This document shows positions 1-9,798 of a stretch of DNA of 64,000 bases, in pieces; position 1 is the stretch's first letter, and each line of letters starts with the position of its first letter. Position numbers and translations under genes: made by a program. Source of the DNA: a virus. Under the pieces are notes generated by a model. The model was not told where the DNA came from. It saw only the letters and a program-made list of their open reading frames with translations, and searched no databases. The stretch is from IMG/VR virus record IMGVR_UViG_3300033571_022960, positions 1 to 64,000 of that record; one strand, given 5' to 3'.

Positions 1-132
1 TATTAACTGTAAGTGTTGATAAGGAAAAAGAAGAAACCATAATTAATGTAATTAAAAAAGAATTAATTGAACAATAATACTTTTAAGTGGGTTTCTAATA
101 GTAGGTGTGGGTTTTAACGAAAATTTGATAAA

Positions 133-348
133 ATGGAAGAAGATAAAAATTTAGAACAGAATTTGGATAAGAGTAATGAAAAATTACATATATCTGATGT
201 TAGTTTATTTGATAGATTAAAAGAGGTGATTAATGAGTATTGTTCACTAAATGACGCAACTTCAGTGGAGGTTGAGTTAAATTATCATATAAAAATTTAT
301 GAAGAACGTATTAAAAATGGAAAAAACGTTATTATAAATTATCACTAA
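133..348 (+). CDS. Hypothetical protein; leader ends in KLHISDVS (see findings)
   Basis: 71 aa ORF with A-rich start context. Confidence 0.6.
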   Translation: MEEDKNLEQNLDKSNEKLHISDVSLFDRLKEVINEYCSLNDATSVEVELNYHIKIYEERIKNGKNVIINYH

Positions 349-431
349 ACTTATTCTTGGACAGATAAAAAAGGGAATTAATGTGAGTTAGTTTAATCAG
401 ATAACGAACAAAAATTTTAAATGAAAAATAA

Positions 432-776
432 ATGAAAAATTTAAAAACTAAAGAAGAATTAGAAGAACAATACTACTTAGTCTATGGTGGAAAAAATATT
501 AAAACTCCACCATTTAATGTAGGTGATATTATTAAACAAAAATACAGTTTAGATGATAATGATAATATAATTGAAGGCAAATCCAAATTTGAATTTGTTG
601 GTATGAAAGGTGATATGATGTTATTAAAGACTCTAAATATATCTGCTGCATACTCAGAGGATATTATAAATAAAATGGTTCTTAAACAAGTGAAGAATGC
701 TGGATATAAGCCAGAAATTGGACAAACACTACAACTACATTATATGTATGCTGATAGATATGAAATAATAAATTAA
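432..776 (+). CDS. Hypothetical protein
   Basis: 114 aa ORF in a tightly packed same-strand run. Confidence 0.7.
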   Translation: MKNLKTKEELEEQYYLVYGGKNIKTPPFNVGDIIKQKYSLDDNDNIIEGKSKFEFVGMKGDMMLLKTLNISAAYSEDIINKMVLKQVKNAGYKPEIGQTLQLHYMYADRYEIIN

Positions 777-817
777 TATTTTTTAATTGAAATGTTGATT
801 AGAATTTTAGATAAATC

Positions 818-1123
818 ATGGACAGAGAAAAGGCACAACAGATTTTAAAGTTTTATGGTAGTCCTAATTTTAAAATTGGGAATACTAACGTAGTTCTTTC
901 AAGACAAACAGAAAAAGATTTAAGTGAAATAGAATCTAAAACTAATGATGAACTAATAGAACATTGGAAAAGTTTAGTTTGGATGAATGAAATTTATGGT
1001 CAAGTTTCATTAAATGAAATGCAAAGAATATCGTTAATAGAATTAGAAATGGATGACAGAAAAATTTCATCCGAACCTTTAAAAACTTGGTATGAAAGTG
1101 AATTTGATAAATTTGACAAGTAG
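818..1123 (+). CDS. Hypothetical protein
   Basis: 101 aa ORF, TAG stop. Confidence 0.7.
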   Translation: MDREKAQQILKFYGSPNFKIGNTNVVLSRQTEKDLSEIESKTNDELIEHWKSLVWMNEIYGQVSLNEMQRISLIELEMDDRKISSEPLKTWYESEFDKFDK

Positions 1124-1130
1124 GTTTTAT

Positions 1131-1436
1131 ATGAGAAAATTAATTTTAGAAATTGATATAAGTGATGATGCATTTGAATTACTTAAAGATAATAGGAACA
1201 AATATTTAGAATACAGAGATTCAGAATATGAAACTTTAGAGGATTTTAAAAAATCTGATTTATTCACTGCATTAGGTAAAACAGAAGAATGGTTCTTATC
1301 AAGAAATTCTAATGGAACTTTGTATTTAATTAAAGAATTGGAAAAGTATGATTTAGTTGATACGTGTCTTAATTCTTGGCACTCAACTTTTTATGTTACT
1401 GAATTAGGTAAAAAATTTATTGAGCAAAATGAATGA
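1131..1436 (+). CDS. Hypothetical protein
   Basis: ATG at 1131 preferred over 1092 because it avoids overlap with the upstream gene. Confidence 0.65.
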   Translation: MRKLILEIDISDDAFELLKDNRNKYLEYRDSEYETLEDFKKSDLFTALGKTEEWFLSRNSNGTLYLIKELEKYDLVDTCLNSWHSTFYVTELGKKFIEQNE

Positions 1437-1671
1437 AACTGAATTTAAAGTATTGATGTATTGTGGAATTTATGTAGATATAAATTTACTTGAAAAAGGT
1501 ATTTATTATACTGAAAAACCATATCTTTTTTCAAAAAATGATACCATTGAAAATATTATAAAACACAATAAAACTTTTTTTAAGGATAAAAAAGGGAATT
1601 CTTTTTTAAAAGATGAATATTTTGAAAATATAAGTAAATGTGAGTTAGTTCCTATAAAAATTCAATTTTAA
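1429..1671 (+). CDS. Hypothetical protein
   Basis: ATG at 1429 overlaps the upstream stop; its own stop abuts the next ATG. Confidence 0.6.
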   Translation: MNETEFKVLMYCGIYVDINLLEKGIYYTEKPYLFSKNDTIENIIKHNKTFFKDKKGNSFLKDEYFENISKCELVPIKIQF

Positions 1672-2426
1672 TGTTCTGGCAAATAGAAGAAGTAAAAGAG
1701 GTTAAAAAAGAATTACCAATTACCACATTAAAAAGTGATGATTTTTGGTATTATTCTCCAAGTACAGGACTGTACATTGGTTCAAATATGGATATTATAA
1801 TATATAAAGATTTAAGTAATGGTACTTATTTTTCAAGTGTAACTGATATTGAAGTTAAAGGAAATTTTATTTTTTGGGATAAAAAAATACAGAATGGTAA
1901 ACAAAAATGTAGAATATCAATTCTTGATTTAGAAGAAATTGATATTAAAAAATTACCTTTTGTTCCACCAACAAATATTAAATCAAATAAAGAAGAAGGT
2001 TGGTATTATAATACATTTTATTTTAATGATAATAAAAAAGATGGTTTTTATTATATTTATTTTAAAATTATTAATAATGAATTAGTTGCAGTTTATAGTC
2101 AAAAAGGTGAAAGATTCATTGATAAAACTAAATATTTAGAAACATTTAAAAAAACTAAAAAGTATAAAGTTGATTCAAATAATACGATTAATTTCTTAGA
2201 AAAAAAATTAACTGAATATTTAAAAATAAAAGAAGATGGTTGGTATAAAAATGGAATATTTTATTTTAAAAGTTTGAATAATGAATTAGTTGCAGTTTAT
2301 TCTGAAAGAATAAATTCTTTTATAGATATAACAAATTACCAAGATATATTTAAAAAATTAGATAATGATGATAAAATTAATTCACCTAATTTAATTAATT
2401 TTTTACAAAAAAAATTAACCGTTTAA
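1671..2426 (+). CDS. Hypothetical protein with MFWQIEE leader and internal duplication
   Basis: 251 aa; NNELVAVYS...INFLxKKLT occurs twice. Confidence 0.75.
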   Translation: MFWQIEEVKEVKKELPITTLKSDDFWYYSPSTGLYIGSNMDIIIYKDLSNGTYFSSVTDIEVKGNFIFWDKKIQNGKQKCRISILDLEEIDIKKLPFVPPTNIKSNKEEGWYYNTFYFNDNKKDGFYYIYFKIINNELVAVYSQKGERFIDKTKYLETFKKTKKYKVDSNNTINFLEKKLTEYLKIKEDGWYKNGIFYFKSLNNELVAVYSERINSFIDITNYQDIFKKLDNDDKINSPNLINFLQKKLTV

Positions 2427-4234
2427 TTCTTCACTCTAATTGAAATATCAGTTAGGAATTTTATCTCATACAAAGAATTTGGTTCACCAAATAAAGTAAA
2501 TTCACTTACATCAATTTCTTTAGTTACATTATCTTTATAAGGTTGTGATGATTCATTTAAAGAATAATTACCACCAACTTTTGCAAAAATTCTAATACCA
2601 AGAACGTTTAAAACTCCATTAATATTATTAATTTCCTCAATTAAACTACCCAAAAATATATTTTCACCCATTTCATATTTAGTTGTTGAAAAAAAACTAT
2701 TAATTCTATTAATTGCAGTTAAAATGATTTCTGATTGATTAGATTTGTCAGTATATAAATCCACTTCTACACCTATATTTAATATTTTACCATCATTAAT
2801 GAGTACATAATCATTAATCATACGATAATCTGATAAGTATTCTGATATATTTTCCTTTAAAGTATTTGTTGAAGTATTATTTAATTTACCTGCAGAATCC
2901 AAACCCAATATATAAATTAAAATTTTATTTTGAGATTCTTTAATACCAACTTTATAAGGTAAACCAAAACGTGAAGGAATTTTATAAATTTGTGTTAAAT
3001 AATCCCTAATTGTAACACAACGATTTTGTGAAGAAAAATTCCATGCAATTAATTTTCTTATTTGTTCTATTGAAGGTTCATCCACACCACCAATTGCAGG
3101 TATTGGATTATTAACTACTAAAGAATTTCTTACTGCATTATTTAATGTTGAATTTTGACCACTTATTAAAAAATTTACCTGACCTATTTGTGTTAATGTA
3201 TTTGGTCCTACATTGGATAAAGAACCACCACCAATTCTATATCTTATAAATAAAGTATTTCCTGCAGGTGGAATTTCACCCAATGATATGTTATTTAAAA
3301 AATCACCAATTCTTTGTTGGAAATTATTATTAATAAAATCACCTATATAATCATTACCAGTACCACTACCGAATGTTATTTTACAAAATCCTAAATCAGT
3401 ATATTCTTTTATAAATTTCTTTGTTATTCTAATATATTTTCCTGGTCTAACATTTGGTGAATCTGAAATTCTTGTTGTATCTTCAATAAAAACTTTATCT
3501 TCTGCAAGTGTATCAACTTCCCACCATCTATTATTTTGATTTAAAAAATCATCTATTGTTGGGTTTGTTGTAATGTTTGTTCCTTGTATATTAATTATTT
3601 GTTCTATTGATAATACATTTTGTTCAGGTAAAACTACTTCTAAAAAAGGGATGACATCATTATCTCTTATAATTCTCCTAAAAATTCTTGTTGTTCCTGC
3701 AACTACCAATTCCCTTTTTGTTATATTATATGATACAATTTGACCTGATGAATTAATATTTGGTAAAATTGTTCTATTTGGAACTCCACCAGTTGTAAAA
3801 GGTGATTTAAAATCTATATCATCAAGTAATTCAAAAGTTTGTCCACCACCTTGAACTTGAGAACCTTGTCTTATTGTTGGACAATATGAAACATCAAATG
3901 TATCTGCAAGTGTTGGTACTGTAACTGTAAAATCCACAAGTGTTATTGCAGGTCTTTTACCAGGTACTTTTAATCCATACGTTCTTGCCAAAGAAAGTAA
4001 GGATTTTCTTTGTTGAGCATAGTCTAATTGAGTTTCATTAAATACCCTATCTGTATGAAAAGATAGAATATCTACTGAACCTGCCATTAAATCAAGAAAT
4101 AATGAACCAATTGATGCATCAGAAAAATCTTGTAATATATCTGGGTAATATCTTTGTATAAAAGTAATTAATTCCCCTTTTACACCAAGAAAATCACGAG
4201 AAGTATAGTTTATTTGTTTGTTTATGTTTGACAT
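2423..4234 (-). CDS. Baseplate wedge protein (T4 gp6-like)
   Basis: N-terminal INYTSRDF...QDFSDASIGSLFLDLMA...LSFHTD...AQQRKSLLSLARTYG and NPIPAIGGVDEPSIEQIR...QNRCVTIRDY are typical of gp6/baseplate J. Confidence 0.85.
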   Translation of the reverse strand: MSNINKQINYTSRDFLGVKGELITFIQRYYPDILQDFSDASIGSLFLDLMAGSVDILSFHTDRVFNETQLDYAQQRKSLLSLARTYGLKVPGKRPAITLVDFTVTVPTLADTFDVSYCPTIRQGSQVQGGGQTFELLDDIDFKSPFTTGGVPNRTILPNINSSGQIVSYNITKRELVVAGTTRIFRRIIRDNDVIPFLEVVLPEQNVLSIEQIINIQGTNITTNPTIDDFLNQNNRWWEVDTLAEDKVFIEDTTRISDSPNVRPGKYIRITKKFIKEYTDLGFCKITFGSGTGNDYIGDFINNNFQQRIGDFLNNISLGEIPPAGNTLFIRYRIGGGSLSNVGPNTLTQIGQVNFLISGQNSTLNNAVRNSLVVNNPIPAIGGVDEPSIEQIRKLIAWNFSSQNRCVTIRDYLTQIYKIPSRFGLPYKVGIKESQNKILIYILGLDSAGKLNNTSTNTLKENISEYLSDYRMINDYVLINDGKILNIGVEVDLYTDKSNQSEIILTAINRINSFFSTTKYEMGENIFLGSLIEEINNINGVLNVLGIRIFAKVGGNYSLNESSQPYKDNVTKEIDVSEFTLFGEPNSLYEIKFLTDISIRVKN

Positions 4235-4235
4235 C

Positions 4236-4688
4236 TTATTTATAATTATTTAAAATTGATTTTATAAAATTAAAAAAACTTTTAAATCCAAACCAGGGTA
4301 ACGTTTTTCCATCATTCCATCGGATGGTGTTAACAGATGGTTCTTTTGTTCTAATTGTAAAAAAATCTTTAGGAAAAGTACGTATTTTTAAAATATCATG
4401 AATGTTATTATTATTATTATCTATTTGATATATTTGGTATATACTATCTTCATTTTCTTCCATAAATAACTTATAGTTATTATTAATATATTCTTTTAAT
4501 TTCATCATTAATTTTTTTAATTGTTCTTCATTTAACATTTCCATTCTAAAATCACCGATTTCTTCGATTGGTTTTTTTAATAATTCATTAATATATTCCT
4601 CCCTTTGTTTTTCCTGCTCACTTGCACGAGATTTTAAATTCAAACCCTCAATTAATTTTAATTGTTTTTCAGTAATTATATATTTCAT
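4236..4688 (-). CDS. LKSRA-tag family protein, single module (putative head-packaged protein)
   Basis: MKYIITEKQLKLIE|GLNLKSRASEQEKQREEYI. Confidence 0.8.
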   Translation of the reverse strand: MKYIITEKQLKLIEGLNLKSRASEQEKQREEYINELLKKPIEEIGDFRMEMLNEEQLKKLMMKLKEYINNNYKLFMEENEDSIYQIYQIDNNNNNIHDILKIRTFPKDFFTIRTKEPSVNTIRWNDGKTLPWFGFKSFFNFIKSILNNYK

Positions 4689-4693
4689 ATATC

Positions 4694-4718
4694 ATAAATA
4701 TTCCACCAATATATTTAT
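4694..4718. promoter_or_regulatory. Divergent ATATTTAT motifs (putative late promoters)
   Basis: Minus-strand copy at 4694-4701 before 4688; plus-strand copy at 4711-4718 before 4734. Confidence 0.55.
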
Positions 4719-4733
4719 ATATAAAATTAATTA

Positions 4734-5606
4734 ATGGCAACTGGAAATTACGGTATAAAGAAATTATCTGATGTAACACCAGATGATATGCAAATATTTT
4801 ATTCTTTTTCCCCAAATAGGGAAACACAATCAACAACATACGAAGAATTAAATGCAAATCAAATAATAACAGAATCAACGGATATTAATGGAAATTTTTT
4901 TCAAGGTTTATATAATTTACAATTACCAACATCAACATTTAATCAAAGAGGAATTTATACATTAGTTATAAAACCAAGAGAATATACAATTAATATAACA
5001 GATTGTGGTGTATTATCTGCAATACCTGATGTTAAAGGTATTGTTTTAGACAGTGCAGTATTACCACAAAATTTAGGAATAAATAATTCATTAGTTGGTT
5101 TTAGAATAGAATATTTTGATTCTTTGGGGAATAAAACAAGAAATCTTTTTAGGATTATAACTTCATCAAATAGATGCGAACCAGTAAATCAGAATCTAAC
5201 TAATACCATCCAAAAGGCAATAAGATATAGATTAACTGATTCAGGTAGTTTAATATTTTGTACTGTTACCCCATCATCTTCATCACAAGTAAAACCAAAT
5301 ATTTTACCTTTTATTGGTGAACCTGGTCAACAAATTGTTATTTCAAATACTTTTTTTGACCCAGTTGTTATGGAAATTGAATTGGTTGAGCATGATTTTA
5401 ATACACTTGCAAATGGTTTATTTGGAAATCAAATTAAGGATATTAGAAATGGTATTTATACAATTTATGATGAAAATAACAATATTTATAAACAATATAG
5501 TTTATATGTTGTACAATCACAAACTGATGAACCATTATATGAAGTAAGGGAAGAAAAAGATGTAATTGATACAACACAAGATTTTAATACAATTACGAAT
5601 GTCTAA
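4734..5606 (+). CDS. Probable virion structural protein, function unknown
   Basis: 290 aa, beta-rich composition, follows ATATTTAT, lies between baseplate and portal genes. Confidence 0.65.
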   Translation: MATGNYGIKKLSDVTPDDMQIFYSFSPNRETQSTTYEELNANQIITESTDINGNFFQGLYNLQLPTSTFNQRGIYTLVIKPREYTINITDCGVLSAIPDVKGIVLDSAVLPQNLGINNSLVGFRIEYFDSLGNKTRNLFRIITSSNRCEPVNQNLTNTIQKAIRYRLTDSGSLIFCTVTPSSSSQVKPNILPFIGEPGQQIVISNTFFDPVVMEIELVEHDFNTLANGLFGNQIKDIRNGIYTIYDENNNIYKQYSLYVVQSQTDEPLYEVREEKDVIDTTQDFNTITNV

Positions 5607-8600
5607 TAAAATAAATCAAATATTAGGGAAATATGGAATTACTTTATCTTTGAAAGAAATTTTACAAAGATGGAATGAATCACATAGAGGTTATCATAAT
5701 ATTGAACATTTAAAGGATTTATTAAGACAAATTGGTAAAATCAATTCAAAAGAAAAGGAATTATTGGTTTTAATTTCACTTTTCCATGATATTATATATG
5801 AACCAAAAAATTCTGATAATGAAGAACAAAGTGCAAAATTTTTAATTAATAATGTTAAAGAAGTAACAGAAGATATTAAAAAAGTTTATCAATCAATAAT
5901 AGATACAAAAACACATAAATCATCAAACGAATTATCAGAAATATTTAACAAAATGGATATGAATATTGTAACAAGAAATTTTGATGAATTATTAAAGTGG
6001 GAACAAGGAATACGAAAAGAATATTCAGTTTTTTCTGATGAAGATTATAAAAAAGGAAGAATTAAATTTTTAACATCATTATTAAATGATTATCCTGAAA
6101 ATAAGGAAAATTTGATGAAATTAATTGATTATGTTGGTGGTTTAAATGAAGGATTGAGTGATAAGATTAAATCTCGTGCAAAACAACAAGAGATTCAATT
6201 AAAACAATATATTGATAATATTGACATAAATTCATATTTTGAAGATTCTCCGACAATAAAAGAAGAAAATTACAATAAATTAAAGAAGTTAATTAATAAC
6301 TTCCCAAACGAAGATTTGATATATAAAATTTTAAAAGATACGGATAAAAAATATAGAAAACAAATTAATTATTTATTTGAAGAATTTGCATATATAATTG
6401 GTGCAGAAAAAATTCAAGAATTTATTATTTACTTTATAAATGAAATGAAAGATGATTTGAATAATTATTCAATTGATAAAATAACAAGTAGAAGTATATG
6501 GTCAGATTTGGATAATAAATTAATTTTGAATAAATTAAAAAAATATAAAGATTCAAAATTAGTTGATGAAATTTATAATAAAAATTTTAGATATTACAAG
6601 AAATTTAAAACTATTAATGAAAATTTAAATCTTAAATCTCGTGCAAGTGAACAAGAAAAACAAATGAAACAATATGTTGATAATATTGATTTAAAAAATC
6701 TTTTAGAAAATGATTTGGATTCAGTTAAATTAAGGGAATTATTAGATAAATTCCCAAATCAGTATATGGTTGATAAAATTATAAATGATTTACCAAATGA
6801 ATTAAATAGGGTATTAAATTATGTAATTGGAAGAATTTATAATTATTCTGATGGTGAAAATACTTTATTAAAATTAATTAATAAATTAGGGGATAAATTG
6901 AATAAATATGGGGTTGGGACTTTAATAGATTTAACTTATTCACATTCACCCATTGAATTTTTTCCACAGTTAAACAAAGAAAAAATATATAATGAAATAA
7001 AAAAATATAAAGGAGAAGAATTTTTTAATGATATTTTTGAAAATAATTATTATGTTAGAAAAGAAGAATTGGACAAATGGATAAAAAAACAAAATGAAAA
7101 AAAAATTAAAGAATCATTAAATCTAAAATCTCGTGCAAGTGAGCAGGAAAAACAAAGGGAAGAATATATAAAAAACATTTTAAACAAACCTATTGAAGAT
7201 ATAACATATACTGATTTAAAATTATTAGATGATGAAAATATAGTTTCTTTATTTTACAAAATAAAAGAAAAATATGGTAATGAATTTGATGTTTTTTTGT
7301 TAAAATCTCAAATATATTGGAAAAAAAGTTATATTAAAATTTACAATAAAGAAAATGAAATATTAAATCTAACAATTTCACCTTTTAATTTATTATTTAA
7401 AGGAAATCCTATAAATACGATTGGTCATGGTTTAAAACTTATAAAAGGTAATTCTTTAAATGAAAGTTCAGAATCTAGAGAAGAACAATTTAAAATATTT
7501 GCAAAGAAAGTTGCAAAAAAAATGGGAATTCCTGAACCTCAATATCTTGATAGTGGTTTTTTCGGTTCTGCGTTTATAATAGATAATGATAGAATATTAA
7601 AAATAACAACTGATAAAAGTGAGGCATTAAATGCAAATAAAATAAAAAATAAAACCACACATTTTATTGCAAAAGTATTTGATGTTAGGGGATTTAAATT
7701 TAATGATAAAGAATATTTTTTTATTATATTGGAAAAAGTTAAAACAGATTTTGAATTTTTATATGGGATAATTGAAAATTTAATTTCTTGGTTTGATGAA
7801 AATTATGATGAAGATTTTGTTACATACATAAGTGAAGGTGAATTTAAAGATTTAAAACAACTGGAAAATAAATTATATAATGATAATAAACAACTATATA
7901 ATTTCTTCACAAATTTTGTTGAATTAAAAAAAGAATTAATGAAGTATAATATAACTTCCGCAGATTTTATAAATGCATCAAATTTGGGTTTCAGAGGTAA
8001 AAGAGTTGTTGCGTTTGATTTAGGAATTTCTGATGATAATGGTGATATTGAAAATGTTGATTTATTTGAGAATTTAAATTTAAAAAGTCGTGCAAGTGAA
8101 CAAGAAAAACAAAGAAAGAAATATATTAATAATATATTAAATAACAAAAATTTGGAAGATTTAACTTCTATTGATATAAGTAATTTAAAAAATTTATTAT
8201 CAATGGATGAATTTAATGATTTAATTGTTGGTTATTTAAAAACAACGATTGATAAACATTTTTTTGGTAAAGAAGATTATGAAAGTAAAATATCTACTGA
8301 TGCATTTGGATTTGATAATTTAAAAATGAAATTTAAATCAAGAAATAATCTATCTAATAAAATTAATATATCCATTGGTTTTGATAATATTAAAAATAAA
8401 CTTTATGTTCATAAATTTGATGGTATTGGTATAGATAATGGTAGGTACTTTAATAAATTAAAAGAATTAATTGATTATGTTATTAATGACCATAGAAAAC
8501 CTGTATATGAATCTTTAAATCTTGTTTCTCGTGCAAATCAACAAGAAGAACAAAGAAATGATTATATAAGAAAAGAAGGTATAAATGATTATACAATTAC

Positions 8601-9798
8601 TTTTTTATATGGTAAAAATCATAATGACTTGCCAAAAGATATACAACTAATGATTTTTTCTTTTTATGAAAATTTAATGGAAAACTTAATGAGAAGTGAT
8701 GATAATCATTGGCAAAGAAGGGTACTTAAAAATGAAATTAGTAGGGATATTTTTAAACTATTACCAGATGAATTTAAATCTGATATTATTGATTTAAGAA
8801 TTGATACTGATATGGGTTTAGATAAAAATCATTTTGATAGTGCATCTAATGAACAAAGGGATAAATATTTAAACAAGGCAAAAGAATATAGGCAAATCTA
8901 TACTTGGGAACAAAAATATTTAGATAGTCTTAATGAAAGTTTAAATTTAAAATCTCGTGCAAATCAACAAGAAAAACAAAGGGATGAATATGTTAAAAAT
9001 ATATTAAAAAAAGATTTATTTGATTTAAAACCAAATGATTTAGATTTTTTAAATAATAGAAAATATCGTACATTATTTAATAATAAAGTTAAAGAATATT
9101 TTTATAATATAGGTTTTTTATTTGATGATATTGATTTAACCGAAGATGGTAATTTTCCTGGTTTAATTTTAAAAAATGGTAATGAAAAATATAATAATAA
9201 TTTAATGTTTTTCCTTGTTAATAATGGTACTATAAAAGTTTATAAGAGTGATAACATATTAAAGTTTTATGATGGTAAATATTTTATAAGATATGTAACT
9301 AATATGTTAAAAAATTTAGATGAATCTTTAAACCTAAAATCTCGTGCAAATCAACAAGAAAAACAAAAACAAGAATATATAAATCAGATTTTAAATGGTA
9401 ATTCATTAGAAGAATTAACTCCAGAACAAAGAATAAAACTATTACAAATTGATTGGACTGTATTAAAACCTTTATTTGTTAAAATTAAGGAAATTTATGG
9501 GGAAAGAAATAAGGTTTATGGTTCAGTAGATACTGTTTTTGATAATAAAATATATTGTCATATTGGTCAAAATGTTAGTATTAAATTATCACCCACTAAT
9601 GGTTTATTTACTGTTAGTTGGGGATTGAAAAAATCTGATTTTAAATCATTTAAAGGAGTTTTAAAAAAGTTAGAAGAAATAAAGTCGGAATATCCTTTTT
9701 TAATTGAGAATTTTAATTTAAAATCTAGAGCAAAAGACCAAGAAAAACAGGCAATACAATATTACACTAATAAAATTAAAGGGGGGGGGGGTAATTGA
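5599..9798 (+). CDS. Modular polyprotein: HD hydrolase, LKSRA-tagged modules and a protein-kinase-like module
   Basis: ATG at 5599 overlaps the upstream stop; HD motifs YHNIEH/FHDIIY/EEQSA; eight xxE|xLxLKSRA-type tags plus one partial; kinase motifs LDSGFFG, LKIT, DFINASN, FDLG. Confidence 0.85.
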   Translation: MSNKINQILGKYGITLSLKEILQRWNESHRGYHNIEHLKDLLRQIGKINSKEKELLVLISLFHDIIYEPKNSDNEEQSAKFLINNVKEVTEDIKKVYQSIIDTKTHKSSNELSEIFNKMDMNIVTRNFDELLKWEQGIRKEYSVFSDEDYKKGRIKFLTSLLNDYPENKENLMKLIDYVGGLNEGLSDKIKSRAKQQEIQLKQYIDNIDINSYFEDSPTIKEENYNKLKKLINNFPNEDLIYKILKDTDKKYRKQINYLFEEFAYIIGAEKIQEFIIYFINEMKDDLNNYSIDKITSRSIWSDLDNKLILNKLKKYKDSKLVDEIYNKNFRYYKKFKTINENLNLKSRASEQEKQMKQYVDNIDLKNLLENDLDSVKLRELLDKFPNQYMVDKIINDLPNELNRVLNYVIGRIYNYSDGENTLLKLINKLGDKLNKYGVGTLIDLTYSHSPIEFFPQLNKEKIYNEIKKYKGEEFFNDIFENNYYVRKEELDKWIKKQNEKKIKESLNLKSRASEQEKQREEYIKNILNKPIEDITYTDLKLLDDENIVSLFYKIKEKYGNEFDVFLLKSQIYWKKSYIKIYNKENEILNLTISPFNLLFKGNPINTIGHGLKLIKGNSLNESSESREEQFKIFAKKVAKKMGIPEPQYLDSGFFGSAFIIDNDRILKITTDKSEALNANKIKNKTTHFIAKVFDVRGFKFNDKEYFFIILEKVKTDFEFLYGIIENLISWFDENYDEDFVTYISEGEFKDLKQLENKLYNDNKQLYNFFTNFVELKKELMKYNITSADFINASNLGFRGKRVVAFDLGISDDNGDIENVDLFENLNLKSRASEQEKQRKKYINNILNNKNLEDLTSIDISNLKNLLSMDEFNDLIVGYLKTTIDKHFFGKEDYESKISTDAFGFDNLKMKFKSRNNLSNKINISIGFDNIKNKLYVHKFDGIGIDNGRYFNKLKELIDYVINDHRKPVYESLNLVSRANQQEEQRNDYIRKEGINDYTITFLYGKNHNDLPKDIQLMIFSFYENLMENLMRSDDNHWQRRVLKNEISRDIFKLLPDEFKSDIIDLRIDTDMGLDKNHFDSASNEQRDKYLNKAKEYRQIYTWEQKYLDSLNESLNLKSRANQQEKQRDEYVKNILKKDLFDLKPNDLDFLNNRKYRTLFNNKVKEYFYNIGFLFDDIDLTEDGNFPGLILKNGNEKYNNNLMFFLVNNGTIKVYKSDNILKFYDGKYFIRYVTNMLKNLDESLNLKSRANQQEKQKQEYINQILNGNSLEELTPEQRIKLLQIDWTVLKPLFVKIKEIYGERNKVYGSVDTVFDNKIYCHIGQNVSIKLSPTNGLFTVSWGLKKSDFKSFKGVLKKLEEIKSEYPFLIENFNLKSRAKDQEKQAIQYYTNKIKGGGGN
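6148..9750 (+). repeat. Dispersed ~45 bp coding repeats (core TCTCGTGCA) separated by unrelated sequence
   Basis: Cores at 6172, 6637, 7129, 8086, 8527, 8953, 9340, 9724; further copies at 4623(-), 16249, 17237, 17612. Confidence 0.9.
9781..9791 (+). repeat. G11 homopolymer tract
   Basis: Eleven consecutive G in an extremely AT-rich background, five nt before the ORF stop. Confidence 0.95.

Noticed and set aside
7803-8147. Antisense ORF in the polyprotein, and similar nested ORFs (10969, 11260, 28320, 30663, 37824, 59951, 62683 and others)
   Set aside because: They overlap well-supported genes, have no motifs, and show shadow-frame composition.
6148-9750. LKSRA repeats as a CRISPR array
   Set aside because: Repeats are in-frame coding and degenerate, and are separated by hundreds of bp rather than 25-45 bp spacers; no cas operon.
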